From NCBI GenBank assembly GCA_027604505.1, contig JADIIX010000121.1, forward strand, positions 48,054 through 68,053: DNA of 20,000 nt. Direction: 5' to 3'. The translations under genes and the position numbers were made by a program. Shown here in pieces: positions 1-11,036 of the stretch; the stretch's first letter is position 1; every line of letters starts with the position of its first letter. A model generated the notes under the pieces. The model saw nothing but the letters and a program-made list of their open reading frames with translations, searched no databases and had not been told where the DNA came from. The DNA comes from Gonapodya sp. JEL0774 (Eukaryota).

Positions 1-1262
<1,262 letters not shown>

Positions 1263-1581
1263 CACTTGACAACGGCCCAAACTTCAATCACTCGAGTCGT
1301 ATTATATGCATGCATATCAGCTTTATGTACACTGTTTGGCATCTGTGACGAAATGTTCTCCTCCCCTACACAAGGGAGACCTTCAAGCGCACTCATATAA
1401 CAATGACTTTCCAGAAAGTGTACCAGAACTATAATACGATGTAATTCAGTTGAGATTCTCTCACCGCTTGTCAGAAAAGACACCCAAACTCTTATAACAG
1501 CCAAGGCTACAATGCTCTTCTAGCGTAAAAAAGACACCTAGAGATATACTACGCAGCATCTTAATAAACCTCAATGAACTG

Positions 1582-4500
1582 CTATCGTCTCGTTATGCTG
1601 GGAGCTCCACGCGACAAGAGCGGCTGCGTGCTCATCACGCCACCTGCAGACTCCACATGACTGCATGACACCATCGGGTTCTCCACTGACTTCCAGTACC
1701 CGGGCATGAAAGATGTCCTTGACTTTGGTTTCTCTGGCGGTGTCCTCCCGGAAGACGCAGATCCAGTTCCTGTCCTCGCCACTGGCACCCCTCGGGCATT
1801 CACTGGCACTCCATTCCCGCTCTTTCCAGAAGATGTCCTGCCAACATCTCCCTGACCCATTGGTCCCACCGAGACAACTAAATTGCGGTTCCGTGCGAGC
1901 GATTCGATGCATCGACGGCACATCCCTAGCGAGAACTTCAAGGCAAGCAGCCTGGCGGCTCTCAGGAAGAGCACTCGGACGTTTTCCGGTACAGGCATCG
2001 AGGCCAGAAGCTCTGAGCCACCTTCACCCAAGTTCGGAGGCGAGCTTGAGCCCATGCGCGGAGACATGCTCAAAGCTGTTGCGCTGGTGACGAGGACAGA
2101 AGCGATCAATCCAGGGGAAGCAGTTGCCGGAAGAGCTCCATTTGGACCTCCAATTGGCGCAGGGGGGCGGGAGGCACTAGGACTGTCGGGTGTTTCGACT
2201 GCAATTACGTTGTTGCCGATTGTTTCAACCCAGATTCTACAGACCCGAGTGAGTCTCTGTAGAACAAGTGGCCATCGAGAAGAAGATCGACTGCTTCCGA
2301 CATCCTCGAGCTTCAGATGAGGCTCAATGTTGTCTAACAGTTCATCTAGCAGTTTGCGAAGCCAGTCGAGCCCGGCGGCCAACCACCGGTCCCTCTCCTG
2401 CACGAGTAACGGGGAGACTTGTCCGGGTGAGGCCGAACGAAACAGCTGATCAATCGCCATAGCGCCGGCAATGTACGATCTCGCGATTGTCAACAACCGC
2501 ATAATCTTAGTATCATCTAGGCGACGATCCTTCTTCTGGATCTCCGTAATGGTGTTCCCAGGTGCACCAGTACTCATTCCGAGTGATGATGCTTCTTTGT
2601 GTCCCTCCATAAGCCGATATCGAACCCTCTCAACAATTTCGTCGGTCTCCTTCGGTGTCAGAGAGACCCCGTCTCCAAGGAGCGCACCTTTCATAGATCC
2701 CACAACCTCTTCCAGGGCAGTAATTTGCCCCCTGTCCACACGGTCCACGTCCTGGCTCTGCATTTGCAAGCGACTTCTAGAGCTACTTGGTGGCGACGTT
2801 GCTGAATCCAGGGACCTTAAAATTGGGTCAGGTTGAATGCCAATTTTCCTGAATATGGCCAATTGCTCAGTTGGTAACAGTTGCGACGCAGAGTACGGTT
2901 GACTGCTTCCCCGTTTGGGATAAGGTGCGTCCATGGAAGCTCGTCCATACGGGTCTATATCGGCTCCACCAAAACGCAACGCCCGCGCTCTGGGATCCAA
3001 AAGCGTTGCCTCAGCTACAAACGCACTGAGGAGGATGTCGCACGCCGCCACGGAAATGTTGATCTTTGCAGCGTCTTTCCACAAAAAGTGGAAGTCCTCG
3101 CCCGATTCGGCACCTCCGCCGGACCCCGCACCAAAGGCCTTGTTTGGCTCCCTCGTGGTGCTTGAGCCTCTTAGGTCCGCAGCGTTGTGAACCTCACGAC
3201 CCCCTGGCACTGTGGGTGCGGACGGATTGCGATTAACACCCTGTCGAGAAGGCACATACAACCGGATGTAGAAAAACATGGAACCGAGGGGATTAGAGAG
3301 AGCGATGAAAGAGTTGCCTGCGCAAAATTCGCGAGATCACATGGAACGCGATAAGGCATCAAAACAGAAAGTTAAAAATAAGAATAAGGAGTGCCGGTGC
3401 GAACTCATTCCTTCATCAACGTGGAAAAACAACCCACCTAAGTTTGCGGCAGAAGCCGCAACACCCAGCCAATCTCCAATTCTACTCGCCACATACCATT
3501 GATCCATTAAGTAGCTCACACCACTCATCGCGACTTTGACAGCCAATCTCGCGGCAGGTAATGGCCTTGGCCGCCTTTGCACCTCGTACGACGCCGCTGC
3601 TGAGGCTCCGTTAGAGAGCACTTCCTCTTCGTCTGATCCTGCTAACTCTTCTTCCCTGAGCGGCGGAAATCCAGGTACCACCCCGTCTTCGATGGGGTAC
3701 ACCGGTGCGCGAGGCCCCTGCGACGCAACACCGCTAACGTCATCGCCCGCTGCAACGTCCTCTGGCACACATCGAGACCACAAACGCTCTGGGCCCAGCA
3801 CAAGCTCCCCAGCCGTTTTCCCCCACTGCACAAGTGCGCCCCCTAAATTTCCCTTCTCTCGTGTCTCCGACAATCGATCTCCGCATGCCTTGAACAATTC
3901 GATCGCCTCTCTCCGATTCTTAATGACCAGCCGCAATCGTCCCATCCCCTCGTACGCCGTAGCCAAGTGTGAGTGACAGATCCCTCTCAATCGGGCAATG
4001 GTGGCCAAGGTGGCATCAGTGTGCGCGTTCGCCTGCTGAGCGGCCGTGAGCGGTCTCACGACCGCCGTTGCCTGCCTGGTTACACCCGCTGCAGCAACCA
4101 CTCCTTTGCCAACACTCGCTACTCGCCGGGGCAGTCCTTTGTTCGCCTCGGTAGCGCCAGCAGTAGTTTTGCCCCCCCCAGTTACATCTTTCCCCTCGTC
4201 TTTCGCTTGAGCAGCAAGCGAATCCTGATGAGCCTCCGCAAGTGGCTCCCATGTATCTAGTGTATCGATGGCACGCTGATGACAGTGGATCGCCTCCTCG
4301 TGGAAACCAGCTGTAGACAGAGCATAGCCAATGTGCGTCCATGCACGCGCTCGCGCATTGAGGGTTACACGGTGAAGAAAGAGAAGCTTGAACGGTTTGT
4401 CGGGGGAGGGTTGACCAGGTGCTGATGCTGCAGCACCCACTGGTGGAGGGGTCCCTGGTGTGCTCGAGGCGGATGTTGAGCCCGCTGACCCACCAGATTG

Positions 4501-6267
4501 TGCACCCCCTTGCTCTTTTGGTAAGACTGGTGCTGGGAACTGCCTCAAGATCCTGTCCGTCAGCTCTACGCTCGCCTCCCACCAGGCGACAGCCTCCCAC
4601 AACCTTCCCAATGCGAAGCAGGCATTGCCCAAGTTGTTTGTCAGGTCCATCAAAAATGCCACCATTGGTGGACCTGAGACAGGATCCAGAGCTTTTAAAC
4701 CTCCTCGCCCTTCCACCATCTTGAATCCCCAATTACCGACACGTCGCGCTCGAGCTTCACGAGGCTGAAGTACATCCGCACCAGCACTTGCCGCTGGAGT
4801 GGCAGAAGTCGCACCAGGCGCCGCTGTCCCAGCTCCTTGCGCACCAGGCCGTTCCGCAGCCCCACCGTGGGCCACGTTGATGCGGCGTTCAACTTCCTCC
4901 ACAAATTCAGTGGACAAGTCGACCCAGCTGGACCGTTGGTTTGCTCCTCCCTTTACTTTGGCGCGCTGGAGCATGGCCCTCGCCAGCGACCAAGCGTCAC
5001 GAAGGAGCTGCACACATTCCTCGCGGGCGGCCTTGTCGGCCCTGCCGTCGTGAGTGGTCCGACGGGCGACCGCCTGATTAGCTGCTGCCTTCGCTTCACG
5101 AAACAGATCGTTATCTTGTTTAGCACGATCGGTGGCAGTGCGGAATCGGAGCAGGGCATCCTGCGCATTGAGTTGGGCTGGGCTCAGGAACTTGCAACCT
5201 TCTTCCAATAGTTCGTCTGTGGTGAAATTACTGAAGACAGATGCGGCTCGCTTTGGAATGGGAGCTGTGGCAAGGCGCTGTGCGACGGCGGTTTGCACGC
5301 GCGGAGGAGGTACAAAGCCGCCGGTGTTAGAAGGATTGGACGATGGGGTAATGGATGGCTGGCGCCCAAGATTTGCGCCAGGGTTTGAGGGATTTGATTG
5401 CGCGTTGGGTTGAGATGGATTTATGGAGGGTTGGCGGCCGAGGTTGGCACCGGTGGCCACACCACCACCATAGGCTTGCAGGTCTGGGCGAGGGAAGGAG
5501 GGACCTCCACCGCCGTTATCAAAAGAAGGCTGGCGATTCGCAACACTGGACTGGCGGGGTCCATACGGGGGAACGACAGGGCCTTGGCCACGCTGATGCT
5601 GCTGGGCGGACACACCAGGAGGGTACACGCCTGGCGGATATGGCGCGGTAGATGCAACAGTGCGCGGAGGATAAGGAGCAAGATTGGGTGCAGATTGACC
5701 AGAGGTGCCGGGGGGGCCAGAAGGGAAGGGCTGACGGGATGGTACTGAGGCACCTCGATGTGGGATCGGTACTGTAGATGGTTGCAGTGAGCCGTTTGGC
5801 GGTGGGTTGAGGGATGCAGCGACAGAAACTGTACGGTGCGGGATAGGTGCACCTGCTGCACCGACGGGGTGGTGTGCTTGTGGATGCGGGGAAGGTGGGT
5901 GGTGGATGTCTGGCGCCGAAGTCGACGAGGACGGTCCCCGGACATCCATGGGTCCTCTCACATCGAAAATAGGACCTGAACTTTGAGAGCCGTACGATGT
6001 TGGCGGAGGTGGTGGGGCGCGGTAGGAGGGCTGACGGTGGGGGGAAGGGGATGGTGGAGCTTGGGAATCCCGCCCGTCTGGAGGGCCGCGGACATCGGGA
6101 GGACCGCGGACATCCGGACCACGCACATCAAGATATGCAACGGGCTGGTTAGAGCGGGGAGGAGGGGGATACTGCGGGGGTGGGGGGAGAGGGCGATTCG
6201 AGTTTGGTGGAGGATAGTTGGGAGGGGGCGGCTGGTTGTACCAGTTATTGTTCTGTTGGTAAGACAT
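1582..6267 (-). CDS. Large TPR-repeat protein (~1520 aa) with a ~340-aa Pro/Gln-rich disordered N-terminus. Exons 6267-3438 and 3317-1582
   Basis: ORFs 3337..6267 and 1582..3279 join in frame across a 120-nt GTGGGT..GCAG intron (3437-3318), restoring a TPR helix (AASAANLG|NSFIALSNPLGSMFFY). TPR-like units include NNLGNACFALGRLWEAVAWWEASVEL, ARAWTHIGYALSTAGFHEEAIHCHQRAI and EAIELFKACGDRLSETREKGNLGGAL. The extreme 3' end could include another small intron. Confidence 0.8.
5929..6129 (-). repeat. Coding peptide repeats (DVRGP x5) in the N-terminus of the large TPR protein
   Basis: Translation shows LDVRGPDVRGPPDVRGPPD and FDVRGPMDVRGP, with synonymous codon differences between copies. Confidence 0.8.
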
Positions 6268-7282
6268 GACTCGGGGCGGAAGTCCTATTAAGAAGAAGGA
6301 GCGGCTGGGCGGAAATGATGTGTATCGTGAGTAATACGGTGCAGTTTCGCGATGTTTTCGAAGCTCTATTGGTGTTCCAGGCCACCGCGCAACCTCTTGT
6401 CAAGGGTCGGCGAGGGCACATTCACAGAAGCACGGCGCAAGCACGTCCCATAAATCCGTGGATCCATTAGCAGAAATGCTCATCCTCATATTCTGTATGC
6501 TTCCCGTCTCGTGTTCCAACCATGAACGTGCTCATGCACATCAACCCTCACCACAATCCCTCCGTCCACGATCCACTTCCAATGCTGCCCCAAAATTACT
6601 CCATTTTTTTTAGTTTTACGTCGACTACTCACCTCGCGCAGTCGGATTCCCCTTGCTAAGGCTCCCCACTCCCACACTCAATGTCCCCTGGAACCCTGCT
6701 GCTCCTCTCGGTGCTCGTCACGGCTCTAGCTCGTCTTCAAAGCTTCGCCTTCGCTTTTCTCGCGTCTGCGAATCAATGTTCTAAATTGTACCGAAAATAG
6801 CGACGGGGAGAATCGGTCTGCGCCACCCGGCAGGCCCATGTTCCCACTAACAACACATGATCAAAAGCATTTTGCAGCTGTGTCGCGCGTCCTGCTACGG
6901 ACTCATTTGTGTGGCCGAGACGACTTAGACAAGATGAAGCTTATTATGGAAATATGTTAACCGCTACTCCCTACGTCACACATTCATCATACATCCAGGC
7001 AAGATTTTTGAAAATCACATCCTCCAGAAATGTTCATAACAGCTTCCGTTCCTATCCGCACGTTACGCGCTCAAAGTCTGTATGAAAACAATCCTGGGTT
7101 GGAAATGGAATCCATCACAAATAGCAACAAGTGAGACCACGCAAACAAGCTACTAAACGGACCTCCGGCTCCAAAACGCTCTCGTGAACGGTGTTGTTCG
7201 GTGCGGAGCGGATGAACATCCCACAAATTCACAGCACAACATGTATGCCTGGCACTATTATCCACTATATCCACTACACTAA

Positions 7283-7993
7283 ATGGCAAATCAACTGGAT
7301 TCGCCATTTACGCTGCACCTACCGTCCTCTTCTTCGTCTCCTGTATCATCCCTTTCTGCAAATTCATACTTCTTGCTCGTTGCGTCTTCACTTTTGGGGG
7401 TTGTAGCCTCTCGTCTGATTACTGTTACAACCGATTCGGCTGCGTCATCTGCCCCCCCGTATTCTCTGCCATCCGACGCCACGACTTCTGATGCGACACA
7501 GGGGACCACTGTGTCCGCTCTCACTCACGAAGTAGTCCTAACATCTGTTGCCGAGTCTCTTACTCCTCCTGCAACCTGGAAACATTCAGCTCTGGGTGCA
7601 TTCAACTCCTTTGATAACTCGGGCGGATCTAATAGCAGCGGAGGGGGAGGGAAGGGACGAAGGAAGCCGCAACCGGGAGCGCACTTGTCTGGAATCACTG
7701 TCATGGTGGGTTCATCCCGTCTCTGGGGACACGATCTTTGGAAATCAAAAACATCTCTGCGACCACTGGTGGTTTCTGACAAAGAGAGAGGAAATTGGCC
7801 TGTCCGAAAGGAAATGAATTGTGCCACGCTGTCGTGGTTCCAGGACTCTTGCCCTCACATGCCTGGGTCAGCGATAGACGCGCATGTCCTTGATTTCTCC
7901 ACATCTCGCTCTTTTGCGTCCTCGTCGCAAACCATGTGCTGTTTTTGCGATTATCGGGAATGCTCACGATGGATACTGGGACCTCGGCGTTGA
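7283..7993 (+). other. 236-codon Ser/Thr-rich ORF with one hydrophobic segment; possible 5' exon(s) of PTH2 or a separate gene
   Basis: Open frame containing SYFLLVASSLLGVVASRLIT followed by an S/T-rich linker. It is in the same frame as the PTH2 ATG at 8000, separated by one TGA (7991-7993). A possible GTGGGT donor lies at 7706. No family recognised. Confidence 0.35.
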
Positions 7994-7999
7994 AACCCC

Positions 8000-8689
8000 A
8001 TGAAACAGGTCATCTTTGTCCGCACTGACGTTTCTATGACTCGAGGCAAAGCTGCAGCTCAGTGTGGCCACGCTGCGCTCGCCGCGAGGGAATCTGCTGC
8101 GAAGTCCGGCAAGGTAAGGGTAAACTATGTCTTTCGGGGAGAATCGTTGATGACAGAGCGAATGTGTAATATCGCTATGACAGAGCGGAAAAAATGGAAT
8201 ACTTGCAAAAAGGTCACCGGTGGATCATCAACTCGCGGACCAATGGTTCTGATGGCCGATTTTGTTGGAAGAACAAGACGATCCAGCGGGAAGTATTCCT
8301 CAATGTAATCACTAACTCTGGGCTTTTCATTTCACACAGACTTTTAACAATTCTATCCCCATACTGTTCTTCCGGGCCTCTAGTGAAGCTCATCTGTAAG
8401 TTTGCAATCTCTTTGCTCTCTCGCACATCTTACAACTGCTCATCCTGGCCCTCTTCTAAGCCATCTCCTCCGCCGCCACGCTCACTCCTCAAGTGTGCCT
8501 CGTGTTCCTTACTCGTCAATTCTCGATGCAGGCCGCACCCAAATTGAGCCAGGGACACGTACTGTAGCGGCACTGGGCCCTGCTTTGTGGGAGGATGTTG
8601 TCAAGGTGATGGAAGCAGCTGCAAGAAATGCGAAAGAGAACTTGTTGGAAACCAAAAATGGTCTTTGGGATGTATGGAAGGAGTATTGA
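8000..8689 (+). CDS. PTH2: Peptidyl-tRNA hydrolase 2 (Pth2/PTRH2 family). Exons 8000-8113, possible middle exon, 8340-8395, 8461-8689
   Basis: Family motifs MKQVIFVRTDVSMTRGKAAAQCGHAAL and ILDAGRTQIEPGTRTVAALGPA. Donors GTAAGG (8114) and GTAAGT (8396). Branch ACTAAC at 8311 precedes acceptor CAG at 8339. The spliced PILFFRASSEAHLHLL aligns with the family's K.VLKV.SEEEL..L segment. Confidence 0.88.
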
Positions 8690-8719
8690 TGAATGAAACT
8701 CTTTGTATTCCACTTTGCT

Positions 8720-10841
8720 TCAATTCATACGGTGATATCGACACGTAAAGCAAACAGAGATTCGGCAGCCGAGTTCTCCGCAGCTGAAGCAATAATGCTA
8801 CCAGAGGAAAACGAGTACTTATTCAGCAAGGCGTTGCAGAGATGATTTGATCATCGCATTGTCGATCATTTTGCTCACCCGCATTTGGAACTGACAGTTG
8901 TGGCAAAAAATTCGTGAGCGAATGTCTTCTCGCGCCCATGTATGTGTGTGATCGTGATGCACTCTCAGGTACTCTGCACGTCTTTGTACCATGTTTTCGT
9001 AATTGATGGGAACAGCGGGACCACCATTTGCAGGAACAGGACCAGCTTCTAAAACTTGATTGACATCTTCACGAGCACCTGAATAATTTTGGCAAACGGA
9101 TTGATTAAAAGATCACGATCTGGCAACTCCAGAGAATGAGCATACGGGCGATGAGACGGTGTTCGTCCCATGTACGACACTCGCACCGTTTCCACTGCAC
9201 TCCACAGAGGTAGCAAAATTCATATCGACAGATACAAGTCATGTGAAAGCACCCCTGTTGCAACTCTTCATGTAATAGTAAGTGGCTGATGACGTATTTC
9301 GCTTCTGAGAAGGCAACAGAATTCTCACCAGTTATACGATCACACTTGCTGCATCTTTGCCACTGCCCAATAACCATTGCTTGATCGAATAGAAGCTGGT
9401 TGATATCCTCTTGTCGTAATACATTTCTGGAGTGTTGGGCATCTTCACACGATCGTCCACGGTGGTCATAGTGACGACATCTTTGGGTATCAGAGTAAAT
9501 CAGCTCATAGCTGGATAATTAATGAAGTCATCCCACCGTCACGTACCTTCCACAAAGGCGGATGTGACATTTGGGACAGTCTAGCCTTCCGTCATCGGAA
9601 AGATCCACGCGCTCCAGATTGATAAATGCGGAGCAAGCGTCCACGGGACAGTACATTTTCACCGATGCTGTGTTTTCCTCCAGTCTTGAGAGGTATGCGG
9701 TTGCGTCATCCGGAGGGAGCACCATCCTGGCAATTTTGCTATCCATTTCAACCCCACAACACCGTGCTGGTAACAATGTGAGATCTGTTGTTGCATGCAA
9801 GAATAGTCGATTCAGACATGTGTAGCAATAGTGATGTTTGCAACTCTGCGTGAAACAGTTCTTCTGGTCGCCACAAGAATCACAGGCAGTTCGAGCAAAG
9901 TCAAATTGAAGTTTCAATGGAGTTCCACGCTGCAATGGCGGAGTAGTAGGGCGTAATGAATTGAGAGAGAGTGCTGAACTTGGGCGGCTTGGTACAGTTT
10001 CGCTTGCGGATGTTCGAGACCAAACAGAGGCTCGAGATTCCGGCCGGGCGAACGTCACATCTTCGCCACGATGGATTCTCAGAGCGAGCTGTCGGTCATC
10101 ATGTTCTTGCAGTTGAAGCTTCTCAAAAACTTGTGCAAGCTCGTGGGCAGCCTGAAGTGTTGCACGCGGTGTGTATAATCTTCTCACCGAAGAAGCACCA
10201 CAGCGCAAATATTCACATCAAAATCTCTTTCAGTTCTGGGATCAAAGTGCATCATGGCACCAACATCAGTTCTCTCTGCAACTTCAAAATCCTCGTACTG
10301 CTGACCAATCCCAACAAGATCTTGTGCGAACGTCATAACTGCAAATTCAAAATCCTCGTGTGCTTGTGTGGTTTTGTTCCTTCTTTTGGCTTCCATAACC
10401 TCACGGACATCCTAAACAGATATACATGCCGTGGCTTTAAGCGTTAGTGAAGACAATGCACAGGGTTCGCAGTACTCCACCTCCGTTTGTAGAGATGCGG
10501 CAGCAAGCTCATTTGTTCTCCGTTCATGATCGATAAGCTTGTAAAATGCCTTTTCCGAGAGACATGTGAAGTGAGGAACAAAGAAGATGGTTGTCGCCAC
10601 TCACAATTTGGATAACTTCTTCAATTCGTCCTTCTCCTGTCACACCTAGAGCGATCAGCAGCTCCTGGGTTTGCATGGCGAGAACGTTTGATCCTTCAAG
10701 AGTTTTTTCTTGGACCATTCTCTCCACTTCTCTGTCAATTGGTGAAAAACCGGCATGAGATCTGAAGTATTCCAGGACTCGTCGAGTGTCCCATGACGTC
10801 ACAGATGAGTATGAGATGCTTTTCTCCAATTGTGTGGCCAT
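8720..10841 (-). CDS. RBR (RING1-IBR-RING2) E3 ubiquitin ligase, ~551 aa, with N-terminal SAM-like domain and C-terminal Cys/His finger. Exons 10841-10605, 10549-10481, 10411-10217, 10151-9547, 9480-9329, 9265-9146, 9078-8879, 8797-8720
   Basis: RING1 CDSC..CKHHYCYTC..PARCC; IBR YCPVDACSAFI..CPKCHIRLCGRCRHYDHRGRSC; RING2 WQRCSKCDRITELQQGCFHMTCICRYEFCYLCGVQWKRCEC with the catalytic GCxHMTC Cys. Seven GT-AG introns keep the frame (1656 nt total). The intron 2 donor (GTGGAG) is weak. Confidence 0.9.
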
Positions 10842-10917
10842 CAAAGCGTTCGAGCTTTCAAATCTGTTGATCAACCTCGAATTGGACAGTTATTGGACAC
10901 ATCAAAACAAGGAAGGT

Positions 10918-10930
10918 CTATAATATATAT
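10918..10930. promoter_or_regulatory. TA-rich element (TATAATATATAT); possible TATA box for the RBR gene and/or 3'-end efficiency element of the PPR gene
   Basis: It is the only strongly TA-rich run in the ~195-bp gap between the PPR stop (11037) and the RBR ATG (10841), about 80 bp upstream of that ATG. Confidence 0.4.
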
Positions 10931-11036
10931 GGGGAGGGACAACCTCATGATCAAACAAATGATGACAACGAACATGGGATCGAAGATAAAGAGAGGGTAC
11001 ACACTTCAACCACTTCCGCGTCCTCCAAGAACATGT

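Noticed and set aside
1713..6291. Many 60-240-aa alternative-frame and antisense ORFs over the large TPR gene (likewise over the PPR gene and the last gene)
   Set aside because: Expected shadows of GC-rich coding sequence, with no recognisable motifs.
7291..7935. Minus-strand frame from ATG 7935 to 7291 interrupted only by in-frame TGA codons (~7855-7857 and 7525-7527), raising a selenocysteine or readthrough idea, since some early-diverging fungi use Sec
   Set aside because: The contexts (PGM*GQE, TTS*VRA) resemble no selenoprotein motif such as CxxU or UxxC, and I could not identify a SECIS. The frame is explicable as the antisense shadow of the + strand ORF, and both TGAs sit in GTGAG donor-like words. 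A SECISearch run would settle it.
7991..7999. TGA readthrough fusing the 236-aa ORF to PTH2
   Set aside because: The context TGA-AAC is not the leaky TGA-CTA/CAR type. Same-frame adjacency has a 1-in-3 chance, and splicing or an independent start explains it more simply.
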